A stretch of DNA of 64,000 nucleotides from Mugil cephalus (Eukaryota), in the NCBI RefSeq assembly GCF_022458985.1, contig NC_061789.1, positions 11,415,707-11,479,706 of the forward strand, in the 5' to 3' direction. This document shows positions 1 through 13,237 of this stretch, one piece after another. Numbering within the stretch: the first letter of the stretch is position 1; each line of letters starts with the position of its first letter. The notes below the pieces were generated by a model, which did no database searches, was not told where the DNA came from, and saw only the letters and a list, made by a program, of their open reading frames with translations. A program made the translations under genes and the position numbers.

Positions 1-228
1 AGACTTCACCAAAGGTTAACCTCAAGAAAACATCGTCCACAACTTCCACCTACCAGAAAATTCAATATGCTGATGGCGGTGTTGAAGGTATTCTGACTAT
101 AGAGCCTTGAAAGGTAAAATCTGAGCACTAAACATGACATTCCTATTTTAAAAAGTCTTGAGACTTGACTAATCACTGTGAACAACTTCCTCAGGGCACG
201 TTCTCTGTAGAAGTCACTCGGTTTAATA

Positions 229-568
229 TATGGAAGAGTATTAGGGCCACCCATGAGAAAAAAAAAAATAGAGGAGATAGAGTTTTTTTTCATCCTGCAC
301 TTCGGGAAAAAAGTCGAAATTTCGATAAAAAAGTCAAAATACATTGTCATAAATTCAACCTTCAAACCAGCGATACGCTATGTGTATGGTACCACTGACA
401 CTGTGTGGAAGAGTACTGGGTCTTGATTAATAATTAATATCAAGAATTTAAAATTGTATTATATTATTAGTTATATTGCTGATATATTATATTGGACTGT
501 TGCAAAAAAAAAAAAATTCTACCTCCTCTAACTTTTTTTCTCATGGGTGGCCCTAATACTCTTCCGTA
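229..568. mobile_element. MITE family 1 (non-autonomous DNA transposon, ~340 bp), copy 1
   Basis: It has about 30-bp terminal inverted repeats: ggaagagtattagggccacccatgag at 232-257 and its reverse complement tcatgggtggccctaatactcttcc at 541-565. The internal sequence is AT-rich and there is no ORF. A second copy lies at 37337-37688. Confidence 0.75.
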
Positions 569-2289
569 CTTACAGGCCGGGAGCATCAGATGAATTTAAA
601 TGGAGGGCCGGCGGCATTAACAGTATTTTTTATTTTTTCAAAACGAGAGCAGGTATGGCAAGAAGAGCTAGATCCATCCATGCACAATATTTTAATATTT
701 ATCTCATCTGGACTTTCCAATAAATTCAAATTGATTCAGGAGACACCAGCTCTGTACGAGTGTTTGCAGCTCCTGCTAGCCTCCCAGCTAATAGTATCTC
801 TTCCCTTTTCCTCTTTTACAATAATGAATACAGACTACCTGCTGGTATGAGGGGCTATTTCCTCGCAGGTGCAGAAAATGTGTGCCAGCTGGTCGTCGGC
901 TGTAGTCTTTGTGTGGTGTGTCCAGATGCAACGTTTTGGGACAAACACAGAAAACGTTCTTAAAGACAGCTGAAGCATAAACCGCTGAAATAGCATCAAA
1001 GCACACTTAAAGCGTCTTTTCGGGGTTGATCCAGAAGTTTCATCCTCTTTAACTTGTCCTCCACGTGTGAACTAATTTACAGTCAGTCTGCAAAGGGCAG
1101 CTCAATCATAACAATCAATAAACTTCTGTCATAAAGAAGGAGGAAACCGCGGCGCAGTCCTGGCTACGCATTCAAACCACGTAGCATACACACGAGCATG
1201 GAGATAATCCATGATGATAATTTTTCATACTGATAGGAGCACATTGAGAAACAAGGCTGAATGAAAACCGTCCAGAACAAACATCCTGCCACTGCTACAG
1301 CTGATGCTATCGGAGCTGTTTTATGAAAGTGAACACAAAACGACGTGTGCGCGTGTGTGTGTTAAAGGTCGACCTACAGATATTGTTCATCACGTTCATA
1401 GCGGCGCAGAGGTCAACAGATATCGACCGCACAGCTTCCCATTATATGACTTTAAAGAGTAAGAGGCAGATTTATCTCACCTCTTTACACGTACCTTTTC
1501 AAAAGGATTCAGTTTGAAGTTTCCTTTCAGGGGGATGCCGCGGATATTATGACTGTGTTAGCCTGTAAATGAAAAAGTAAAATATAAAAAGCAAAACATT
1601 CACAAACAAACAAATCTCTTTCAGATCAATTTAAAAGTGAACCGATCTAATCAGCTTTAATTCGCAGCTCGCCGGCTCTCCGTTATTAACCCCAAAAGAC
1701 CTCGGTTTGTTATTTTACATTTACACCTAAATGAACTCCCCAAATTCTGTAAATGTGTCTGTGTGGTGCAAAAACATCTCCAGTTTCCAGCCTCCGTCAG
1801 CACGTCGGGGAGAAAATCTGAAACACTCATCAAATCTGTAAATCTCAGCATAAATAACAGCCTTAAAACAATGAGTCAGCGACACTGATGTTATCGAACC
1901 TGTTCTTAACAAGTCTCAGCTACAGCTCTGCCAAATCTGATGCCGCATCCATTTTAATCGCACCAGGCCACCGACCACACATGATGATGGATGAACCCTT
2001 CCTTTTAATAAAGAGAAGTTTTGAAGCTCCGTGCGGTGCTTCTGGATGTCTCCGCCTTGGCAGTGCATGACTCCACTTAACTGCAGCCTATTTCAAAAGG
2101 CGGTGGAGCGTAAGTGGAGCTGAGTCTGACCGTTAGACAGCTACCAACCTGAGAGGACACCCACCTGGCGGAGAAAGCAGCCCACACCCCATAATGAGCC
2201 TTGATATACACTCACTTACCACACAAACAGCTAATCAGCCAATCACATGGCTGCAATTCAACACATTTAAGAATGTAGAGGTGATAAAG

Positions 2290-3352
2290 ACAACTTGCTG
2301 AAGTTCCAACTGAGTATCGGAATGGGGAAGAAAGGGGATTTAAGTGACTTTGAACGTGATATGATTGTTGGTGCCACATGGGCTGGTCTGAGTGTTTCAG
2401 AAACTGCTGATCTACTGGGATTTTCACACACAACCGTCTCTAGGGTTTACAGAGAATGGTCCAAAATAGAGAAAATATCCAGTGAGCGGCAGTTGTGTGG
2501 ATGAAAATGCCTTGTTGATGTGAGAGGTCAGAGGAGAATGGGCAGACTGGTTGGAGATAATAGAAAGGCAACAATAACTCAAATAACCACTGGTTACAAC
2601 CAAGGAATGCAAAATACCATCTCTGATACACAACACGTCCAACCTTGAAGAAGATGGGCTATAGTAGCAGAAGACCACACCGAGTGTCACTACTGTCAGC
2701 TAAGAACAGGAAACTGAACAAAATTGGACAATAGAAGTTTGGAAAAACGTTTCCTTGGTCTGAAGAGTCTCTGTGTCAGCTGCGACATTCAGATGCAGGG
2801 TCAGAATTTGGCGTAAACAACATGAAAGCATGGATCCATCCTGCCTTGTATCAACGGTTCAGACTGCTGGTGGTGCAATGGTGTGGGGGATATTTTCCTG
2901 GCACACTTTCGTCCCCTTAGTACAAACTGAGCATGGTTTAAATGCCACAGCCAACCTGAGTATTGTTGCTGACCATGTCCATCCCTTTATGACCACAGTG
3001 GACCATCTTCTGACGGCTACTTCCAGCAGGATAATGCACAATGTCACAAAGCTCATATCATCTCAAATTGGTTTCTTGAAACTGGTTTCTTGAACATGAC
3101 AATGAGTTCACTGTATTCCAATGGCCTCCACAGTCACCAGATCTCAATCCAGTAGAGGAACCTTTGGGATGTGGGGGAACAGGAGATTCTCATCATAGAT
3201 GAGGAGCCGACAAATCTGCAGCAACTGTGTGATGCTATCATGTCAATATGAACCAAAATCTCCGAGGAATGTTTTCAACACCTTGTTGAATGTATGCCAC
3301 GGACAATTAGGGCAGCTCTGAAGGCAAAAAACATTTTACTAGCAGGGTGTAG
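2290..3352 (+). pseudogene. Tc1/mariner (Tc1-like) transposase pseudogene
   Basis: The ORF fragments translate to a Tc1 transposase HTH region (GKKGDLSDFERDMIVGATWAGLSVSETADLLGFSHTTVSRVYREW), then RVRIWRKQHESMDPSCLVSTVQ..GGAMVWGIFSWHT...LNATA.LSIVADHVHPFMTTV, then [22 protein letters not shown]. The frames are shifted and contain stops, so the element is inactive. Confidence 0.85.
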
Positions 3353-3792
3353 CTAATAAAGTGGCCGGTGAGTGTAGTTTAGATGTGAGACAAGTTTATT
3401 TCTGAGCTCTGTTTTAGCTCCAGATGTTCTTTGTTCTCAGTACGGGAAGTTTCATCTGAACTGAAGACACTGAGCTGATGATATGTTCACTTCACAGAGA
3501 TGAAAACGGGGGAAAAAAAATATAAGTAATATCAGATCTGAGTAGCACTAAGGGAAATAAGCAGTATGACAGATATCAATACTCAACGTGATGAGCCTGC
3601 TTAAACATTTAAGCTTTGAGAACTACTGTTAGCTACGAACATCTTCCACAGGACAGCCTGCCATTCTTTCCAGAAGTTATTACCCTGTATTAAGAAGAAC
3701 AGTTTTCCACCCAAGAGCGTAGTTTTCAGTTGTAATGTGAATTTTGTTTTAATGCGAGAAGATGAGCTTCAGATGAGGCTCTTCTGTGTTTT

Positions 3793-3833
3793 ATGATGAT
3801 GATGATGATGATGATGACGATGATTACAGCAAT
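3793..3833. repeat. (GAT)n trinucleotide microsatellite
   Basis: The sequence reads gatgatgatgatgatgatgatgacgatgat. Confidence 0.95.
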
Positions 3834-5399
3834 AAAGCTATGCTCCACTTATGCTATATAAGATAATCCTTCCACTTCATGGTTTTACACGGAAGCACAA
3901 GCAGACCCCAATTTTCCACGCCGTACAGCAGCGTCACACTTCCTGCAGATTGGGCCAAAATTTAAAATGTAAAAACCCAATACATCAGTTGAGCTGTGAG
4001 GCGGAGACATCAGGAGAGCACAATGAAAGCCAAACGAAGTGGAGAACAAGAGGAAAGTATTAGAAAAAAAACAAAAACAAAGCAGCAGCTGGCAGTTCAT
4101 GGTTCATGTTGCGCAGTTTATCTTGCACACTAACCACATTTCTCGTGAGGATGGGCATCACGTGGCGCGCATTTACATGTGGAGGTGGGAAAGCATAGAT
4201 TTTGTTTTATTTTTATGAATACAGTACTGAGACATGAAGGAATTATTGGAAAATGATTGAAAGCAGTTGGAATAAATCTAATCACTGCCACTGGTGGTGT
4301 ATACTTGATTAGCTGGGATTTGTTGCTCTATCTGTAGAAACTATTAAAAACATCAATCAGCATCTGGAAATCAATGAGGCCAAAGTGCAGCGAGGAAGAT
4401 GGCAAGTCTATTTGACAGCTCCGCGATTAACACTAGGGAGAAACGACCTTCTTTAAATGGAACAAATCAACAAGGATGCATGGATGGGTTAAAACAAAAA
4501 CATGCAAACAACCACAGAAACACTGGTAAGGCATAGCACAGCAATAACAAGACACAATGAGCTAAGTGAAGCTAAACTAAACCTAACCATGGACCTAAGC
4601 TCAATCTAAGGCCATGTCCACACATACCAAAATGATGTTTTTTTTTCACCTTGGCGCTGTTTCAAAATTTGTCCAGAAACATCGATCCATTGCAAAACCG
4701 CATCTAGTTGTAGAAAGGCTGTAGTACATATAGCTGGCCAAGGCATGGCGCTGTTTCTGCTACAGAACAAAAAAAGAAGAATCAACCCTGTGCGCAATAT
4801 ACAAACATATAGTTCAGATTACAGTCTGCATTACTTTTTAGCTCATCATAGTGGCGAAGCAACAGTATATATTGCTCTAGCCAATCTTATGCAGCACCGT
4901 TACAAGTTTGTAGTTCACCACAGGCCCACATTGGGTCGAGGGGTGGGGGTTATGTCATTGTCATGTTCGTATGAGGCGTCCACACGAACGAAAAAAAGAA
5001 ACCGCACAGATTTCATATTTGTGTTTTTCACTCTGGGACCCGGATTCAAAAAGGTGCAAAAAGTTATGCTGTTGCATCCAAAAGTCGTATTTGTGTAAAC
5101 ATGGCCTAAGTCAAACTAAGCTAGGACCAGAGCAGATGGAGGGGGATACAAGCAGTAACCAGACCAGACTCAGTGTTGTGCAATTTCCCACTAAACAAGA
5201 ACTAATTCAAAGTTCAGTTTGCACAGATTAAAGTGAACAAGTTCAAGTTCATAGTTCACATTTTACAATATTTAACTAAATCTCCATTTAATTAGACTCC
5301 AAAACATACAGTCTACAGGGTGAGCATTATTATTTCCTTCCAGAATGAACAAAACTTACATCTACCCTCACAGATGGAAAAATTATGCATTCAGTTCAC

Positions 5400-5830
5400 A
5401 GTTCACAAAAATATGCACCACACTGAGCAGACTGAACCAGCTAAGCTAAAACCAACCCAGAAAGCAAACTTAACTAAATGAAACAAAGCTAAGATGAATA
5501 AAGCCTAGTTAAACTAAACTATGCTAAGGCAACACCAGACAAGAAACAATATACTATAAACTGAGCCCAGACTACACCAACGAAAGCTATGTTAAGCTAA
5601 GTTAAGACACAATGAGAGATGATATAAGCTGATGCCAGACCAGGACCAACCAAGCTTAGTTAAAATAGCTAAGAAAAGCAACGCTGAGCTCAGTAAAGAT
5701 AGGACAGGACAAGACAAGACAAGCGAGGCTATGCTAAGGGAAGACAAGACAATGTACGCCGAGCTAAGGACAGCTGTGTTAAGCTAAGTGAAGATAAGTC
5801 AAGTGAAACAAAGACACTAAAGATATTACT
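5400..5830 (+). repeat. dispersed degenerate repeat family (aagctaag / gaccagac / acaagacaagac motifs), largest block
   Basis: The + strand is T-poor and made of loosely tandem units. Related blocks lie at 4440-4620, 7200-7720 and 24290-24540. Reverse-complement blocks (cttgtcttgtcttgtcgctc) lie at 25380-25620 and 26512-26700. Confidence 0.6.
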
Positions 5831-8619
5831 ACACAGTTTACACAGTGCTTACAGCCACACTAATGACTGTACAGAGAACTCAGTGATGAAACACACACCT
5901 GATGCCAGCAGGACCTGGACAACAAAAGATGAGAAACCAGATGTGCAAATGAGACAGTCTCATAAATAAGTCAGACACTTTAAATTGATGTTGACGTCTT
6001 TGAGTCTGCCTCGTGCTCCCTGTTTGGCCTTCAGTAGCTTTAAGGCTGAAAGCTTTGTAATGAAACGGAGCCTTCCCTCACATGAAACGCACGAATCTGA
6101 TAATTACATGCCGTCCAGCTCACCCGAGCGGCAACAAAACATCTCCGAGGTACAATTGAGAGTCGACAAAGAGCCGCGAAGCAGCAGCGACAGAAAGTGA
6201 GAGCAGGAAGAGAAATAATGAGGCTCAGAGGGAACGAGCAAACATCAAAGTGGACGAGGCTCGTTGTCTCTCGGTGACCTCGCCACCTGGTGAGGCGGCC
6301 GTCGACACTGGGGAGTGTTCAGTCATCCTGACCACCTCTGCAACGCCACATGGCACTTCCCTGCAAACACCACTTACTCACACAAATGCATGTCCAAAAA
6401 CACACAAGCACACCCCCACAGGCTGGAGCAGATATATTAAAGGTCCATTAGATCATCATCGTCTGTTTGATCAGCAAAGAAACTTAAAATCCAGGCTCTC
6501 TATCCACCCGTGAAGTTCAACGGCATAAATATGGACTAAGCATTGACCACAGGAAGATTATAAACAAGACCACTGAGCACAGATTCAGGGGTCCAAGAAT
6601 TCAGGGGCGTCTTGTCTAAAGTTCACAAAATAATCCAAAACAACTGCAAATACACACAACCCTGCAGCCAACATGCAAACCAAATAGAAAATGGATTGAG
6701 CTTGAATTGATCAAATGACCAGTAAAATAAAGATGTAAAGTGAAATCTGGACAAAGCCAAAGAAATATTTAATGTCTGGTCAATAAAAAGTCACAGCCAA
6801 CATCTGTACCTGAAAAAAATTAAACCCAAACTGTACCAGGGCATGTTTACTAGTTAATATCACACACACTTTCATTATCTTCACGTTATATTTTACTTCA
6901 TGAACACACTGGGATCCACCTTTTCGAAAACACTTGGCACCAAACCTAACTCCAAACTCCACAATGATAACCAGTATTGATTCTGACAGCAACCAGCCGG
7001 TGTCCACACACATAAAATCCCATCACACTTTATTTCATGACAGATGCCAAGAAAGGCTTTCTGAGATTTATGAAACAATATCAGTTTCAGATTATAGCTG
7101 GGAACATTTGTTTGCTGATTCCACCTAAATATTTTCTCCCCAGCTCAGAAAGAGTCAAGTGTAAGTGGCGTTTGTGATACAAATGTTAAATTTGGGTCAA
7201 TAACCTCCTCAAACGTCCGCTTTACAAATAACATAAATGAATTTTAAGCTAAGACCAGACAAGATGTGAAAAGCCTCAGTCAGGCCGGACCAAACCACCT
7301 AGACCAGGCTACGCTAAGCAAAGGTAAGCTAAGCTATGCTAAGCTAAGACACAACATGACGTAGTGAACTGAGTTAAGCAAAGATACATTTAGACCAGAT
7401 AAGATTAGATACAAGGCAACAAGTGAACTAGACCCAACCAAGCTAAGTTAAGCTAAGCTAATAAACAACACAACAAGTCAAGCTAACCTAAGCTAAGACT
7501 GCAAAAAAAAAAAAAAAGATGAGATGAACCGATAGCAGACCAGGCCAACTTAAATTAAGCAAAGCGACTATATGACAAGGTAATATATTTAAATAAATGG
7601 GTCTGTTAATTTCATTAAATCTAAGACCAGGTGAGATGAAAGATACAGGACCAGACCAGACTGGACCTAAACAAGCTAAGCTAAGCTAAGCCAAGTAAAG
7701 CTATGACAAAAGAAGGGAAGTTACAGTAAGAAAAGACCAGATAAGCACTGGTTAGATGACAGCACGTGAAGTGAATGAAGTTCCTGTTTCAGACAGAACC
7801 AACAAGACACTAATATGTTGAAAGTTGTAGCAACAGATGTTTCCCGTAACATAAGGATCTAAACATCTTCGGGATAAAAAGTCTGATTAAAAACAAAAAA
7901 TGTTGGTGTAAATTAATCACCAACATGCACAGAGCTGAAATTTTTAGGTGTTTTGTGGGCCACGGCGGTGTGTGATTGATTCTGGGGAACCTTGCAGAGG
8001 AACGAGCTTCAATAGAGTGGACCCATGAGGCCGAGGCGTTCAAAGAGTTACAGTGGCTGCAGGCGGGAACTGGATCAGCGCGGCGCAGGGGAAACAGGAA
8101 GAATGAAAACACTGAGAGCTGTGGAAGAAGAAGTTCTCGACACGTTGCAAAAACTCTTATGAATACAGAAGCATGGTCTGTATTGCACAAGCCATTAAAC
8201 CAAATGGTTATAGTCTCATTTCCTAATAACACTTTGCATAATACATGACGAGCGCATCTCTCTGAGGCATAGAGCAGGAGGCACAGTTCACATTTTCAAT
8301 GACCTGACTCATTACCAATAATTAACGTCACGCTGGGTGTTTGGTTGGCCACAAAAAGAAGCTTCAGCACGAGAAATGGAGATGAGCACGAGACTGGTTT
8401 AATACACAGCCTTAATTTTCCTTCACATTTTAGATGGAAATCTGGTTTCCGTCAGAGGGCAGCAGAACGTGGCCGAGGTAATAAATCATCATCTGGTTCT
8501 GGTTCCTACGTTCAGAGGACCGTAGAAGTATATTAGCATGTCCTGCTCATATGTTTGACATCCGCTCTTTGGAAACTGCAGCTGCAACTGTGCAACCAGG
8601 CACCAGGGATCAAGCGGGA

Positions 8620-9240
8620 TTCGTTTAAAGAGGCAGAATTGGAACAAAGATCCACAAAATAGCATCCAAAAGACAAGAACAAGAGCAGAAACTCACAAAG
8701 CAACTTGCAAAGGAATGTGAAATTATTACAACGATCAAAAGGAGAACTAAGCACAAATAGAAAAACAGCCACAAACACAAGCAAAACATCTTAAAAAACA
8801 ACTACAGAAAGTAGGATATTGACTCTTAATGTACGCACACAATGTAAATGACTACAACAAAATACAAAATGACACGGGGCACTACACAATGACTTCAAAA
8901 CAACCTCAAAAAGGCGCCTAACTTCAAAAATTCTGCATTACATGTTTTCAATGCAACTACAAACCGTAAAAAAACTAAAAAATAGAACAAAAACTAACAG
9001 AAGGACGACAAATATGTCACACAGACGCAACATGACCAGAAAGACCCACAACTGCAAAGTGATTCCAAAGAAAAAGACACGCAACAAGAACAAAGACACA
9101 CGCAACAGTTGCAGAAACAGACAAAATAGCAAAAATGAAGTGAACCACTTCTGCACAAAAGCAAGAATGAAGGGCAAACAAGAAGACGCAATCGTGTCCC
9201 TCTTCAGTTTGTGCGGGTTAGTAGGGGCCTTTTCAAACAT
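8620..9240. repeat. strand-asymmetric A/C-rich low-complexity tract (degenerate acaaa/caaag/acgcaac units)
   Basis: For about 600 bp the + strand is almost free of T, giving open frames on both strands such as ORFs 8942-9244(+), 8938-9249(-) and 8994-9191(-). I see no coding signal. Confidence 0.7.
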
Positions 9241-10089
9241 CTGAACCAAGCGCCCCTTTTCTCGTGATCCGTCCTACCCACGCAGCTCCTGAACGCACCG
9301 TGTCTGTCAGATAAAAGCACTGCTTCTCTTGATGTCAAATGTTTCCGCATCACCCCTTGATTTATGCTGTTTTTGTTTTTTTTTTCTGTTCGAGTTTACT
9401 GCACAGGATCCAAACATGACATGAAATAATAATGAATGTGTACCCACACACCGGATGTAAAGGAGACAGGCTGGAGGGAAGCGAGGGTCACGTTCTTGTC
9501 AAAATGGCCTGTGAGAGGTGAACACGACGGGAGGACCGCGTCATGTGTCACGGTGGCGTTTAAATGCTAACAGCAGCTCGCGGCTACGTGTGACTCAGTG
9601 TGGACGTGTAATTCAGTTGTGTTTTCTGAGGCTGGACAGGATTCATTTATATCAATCTGCACTTGCTTAAAGAATAAATTCACATTTAGACCACAAATAA
9701 TCTCCATGTAGATATCTGAATTTATCGACCCGACGGTCAAAACTCCAGAGATATTTTTTGTTTAAAATCATTATTGGAGCAAATGTGTCAGTTTCAGTCC
9801 TTCAGAGGCAGCAGACACAGTGTGTTTGGCGTTAAAATATTAAGACGGGTCGATGAAAGTGATTCATTGTCTCGGGAGCATGAATAGAAGGCAGTTCCTC
9901 TCATTTCCCAGCAGAGACAAATGTTTCCAAAGTGATGTGTAGAATCCATACCAGACAACAAATCAACCCCTCCGTGTATTGATAAGCTCTTAAATCAGAC
10001 CTGAGCTTAAAGCGGCATTGACTGAATTTGATTTTGCCCTGGGTTTTGCCTTTCAGGTAGCAAACAGTCTAATGTGCATTAAAACCGCT

Positions 10090-10420
10090 AGCAAGTCAAA
10101 TAAATAACCTGGACCACCTTGTGACAAACAATGTTCTGCTGGGAAACTTTTGGGGCGGGCATTCGTGTGCATGTTACCACCCCCACCCCGTAGCAACGAC
10201 ACTCTCTGAAGCGAGCATCCATCCCCAGCAGCATGCGGCCTGACACAACGTCTTTGTTGGGAACAAGGATGTTGAGCTGGCCTCTAAATTCACTACATCC
10301 CAAACTGATAAGTCCATTCTCTGATGAACTAGAACAGTTTTGGGGGCACAGAGGAGACCTACACAGCATTAGTTTTAGTGTCATGCCTGATCAGAGTATC
10401 TACTCAGTCATTCTCAGTCT
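10090..10420 (+). mobile_element. Tc1-like transposase C-terminal fragment
   Basis: The plus-frame translation includes ..SWPLNSLHPKLISPFSDELEQFW.., which is a degenerate form of the Tc1 LDWPAQSPDLNPIEHLWDELER motif. It shares nucleotide similarity with the segment at 48440-48700. Confidence 0.6.
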
Positions 10421-12100
10421 TCTTATTAATTATTTCAAGAGGCCACTGTGGTGCCGGGACCTCATTCACGGAGGTTTTGGAAATTTCCCCACGGTCTAGG
10501 AAAAGTGCAAAGAGAACTTTTCCGGCTCATTCGGCAGCCGGGTAATTCCCACTCAGATAACCAGGCGCTTTGCCTTTCCTATCAGAATATGAGTCTGGTA
10601 AAACACCATTTGGATTTCATTACGGGGTGCATTTCAGTCAATACAACCCGCACGCAAGGGGACAGTCCTGCAAGCAATCAGAGCCTTTTGTTGTCGTCAA
10701 ATCCAGAGTGTTCAGACGACGCGCGTGTGTGACCGCCGTGCTATCACTCGCCAATTCATATTACACACACAGAAAGTCCATAAAACGATTTAATTGGTGC
10801 GGGAGATCTTCGCAGGAGCACAATCAGTTCTCAACAGGCATTCTTCAGACCAATTTTCCGCTGTGCAAATTTTGTGGGCGGGGCGGGTCGGGCTGCTTTC
10901 CAGGCTAATCGTAACCAGGGTGGGGGCATCAATAACACGGAGCTTTGTAGCATTTGTATACAGCCAGGATTATGCTTTTTTTTTTTTTTTTTTTTTTTTT
11001 TCAGAAAATCTCCAATTCCTCTGCCCTCACACAGCTTCTCGATTTCATCACAAGAACCTCTCTGCAAACCCCGTAGCCATTAAATAAAGTTAATCATCAT
11101 ACAGCACGAACAGTTTAAGCGCAGCTTTCTGGAAGAGACGAGAAGATTTTCAAAGGATTAGTTACGCTCATGCGTTCAGATGCTAGAAAACCAATAAAAA
11201 AAAAAGAAAAAAGAAAAAAGAAAAGGTGATTGTTCCTTCTGGACTTCACCAGAAAGGAAGCAGCAGCGTGGGGATGTTCATTTCTTTTCCCCCCGAACCT
11301 CCGCTGCAGGCTTTCACATCACATTATGCACTCGAGATCAGAAGTGGAGATGAAGGAGGAGGAGGAGGAGGAAAAAAAAAAGAGGATGAAAAATGAAAAA
11401 TAATCTCAGGGTTCCCTTGTCCGTTTGGCATGCATGGATAGAGAGAGAGAAAGAAAGAAGGAGAGCGCGTGAGTGGGTGGATGAGCTGCAGAGAAGAGTA
11501 GAAGTGGAGGAGGAGGAAGAGGAGGAGGAAGGATGGAGGGAGATTTTTTATTATTATTTTTTTTTAAACAAGGGGTTCCTTCACCCCAGGGACACCTATC
11601 CGTCTGACCACAGGAGAGGAGGAGGAGGAGAGTGAGGGATGAGAAAGATGGAAATAAAGAGAGGGCGGGGGGGGAAAGAAGAGGAGGCCATATCATCTAC
11701 ACCCTTTCCTGAAAGGGTGTAGAAAAAAGAAGCTTTGCATGGACATCTATGTGCTGGATGCACACATGTATCATTAGGCATCATTAACCACAAATTATAC
11801 AGAGAGGAAGAGAAAGACAGATGCTGCTGTTGGCACATTATTTTCCTCCTGTCTGCCCCCTGCAATCTGCAGCCCTGGGAAAGAAAGAGAGAGAGAGAGA
11901 GAGAGAGTGGGGGGGCTAGAGAGAGAGGAGGGGGCAGTTAATCTAATACATGTGTCGTGTGATTAAAGGAAGAGCTTTATCACTGTTGACATTTCAGATG
12001 AATGTGAAGCTCAGAGAAAGGATATTAAACACGAGGAAATCACACGGAAAACAGAGTGAGGGGAGAGAAAGAGTTAAAGTCCAGATCCATCATAAGGAGG

Positions 12101-12102
<2 letters not shown>

Positions 12103-12140
<38 letters not shown>
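12103..12140. repeat. (CT)n microsatellite (~19 repeats)
   Basis: A direct read gives tctctctctc.. at 12103-12140. There is a second (CT)14 at 12421-12448, (GA)12 at 11884-11907, (GGA)8 at 11343-11366 and T29 at 10973-11001. Confidence 0.95.
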
Positions 12141-12143
<3 letters not shown>

Positions 12144-13237
12144 CCCCCTACCTCTCTCGACCACTCGGCTGCTCGCCTCCTCTCTCACCACCTGTTAGTG
12201 CGGACCCCTCGTGCTCTGACATCCACTTGTTTGTGTAGGAATCTCCTCCACTCACACAATCAAAGGTAAGAATAAAACCACTTTTTTTTCCTTTTTTTTT
12301 TTACGTATTTATTTTCCGCCCTCGTTCCGTCACAGCTTTGGTTTTCTTTTTTTTTTTTTCCTCCGGCATAATTCACTCCTCACGGGATTTTTGCCTTCAG
12401 TGTCTCTTTGTACTCCCTCGTCTCTCTCTCTCTCTCTCTCTCTCTCTATTCCTTTCTCTTTTTTTTAATTAATACAGTCACAAAATAGGTGGAAAGTACA
12501 TTTAGTCAAGCAACTGTTTAATTGTACTTTATTGTAAGCTCTGAGGCGTTTCAAGCAGTTCCACTTAAATTTTACAACACCTCTCCCTCCACTTGCTTTT
12601 CGTGAGGGAGCTGCACTTCCTACTTTAACGGCATTCAGATGTTCTTGTTTAGCCTCAATACGACCATTTAAAGTTGTTTTGCATGCATGAGTTTTTGTGG
12701 ACTGATCATTAAAAAAAAAAGTAATTGTAATGTTTGATTTAATGGAAAATATGCACCTATTTGTCCTGTAATACAAACATTAAAATAACCAATAATAGGT
12801 TACAGTAACTATTAGAAACTAATCTGCTTTTTAACCAGTTGCCACAACTACTGAAAGACTTCCTGTCTGTTCATGGAAAAATATTGATGTGACTGAAATA
12901 GACTCAGAAACTGACATGTGAAATGTGTCTTGAATGGTCAATGGATCAAGACCGTCTACAGATAAAAACCGTATTGTGTGTGACGTGTAAAGACTCTAAT
13001 CTCTTCAGAGTCAGTTGGTGCCTGTCAGGGCTGATGCTGCCGATCAGTGACATCCGCTTTTCCTTCCATGTCGCGCACCATTAGTGTTTTTACAGATATG
13101 AAACCTCCACGGATTAAAATGTCACAATAAACGTTCACTGTTTTAGCAGATGACAGCATTACCAAAGTCTTTTTTTTTATATAGTGGAGGTCAACGGGTA
13201 AAATACTTCAGAAGTTTATCTGTTGCAACGCTGCAAC

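Noticed and set aside
6-365. This is a 119-aa minus-strand ORF at the window start.
   Set aside because: It overlaps the MITE family 1 TIR and internal region, and its translation is low-complexity.
7810-8232. This is a 140-aa minus-strand ORF.
   Set aside because: It has no homology, a low-complexity translation and surrounding repeat-like sequence, so it is most likely chance.
8942-9244. This is a 100-aa + ORF and its overlapping minus-strand ORFs in the A/C-rich tract.
   Set aside because: Their Lys/Arg/Asn/Thr-rich composition follows directly from the strand-biased low-complexity DNA. They are not coding.
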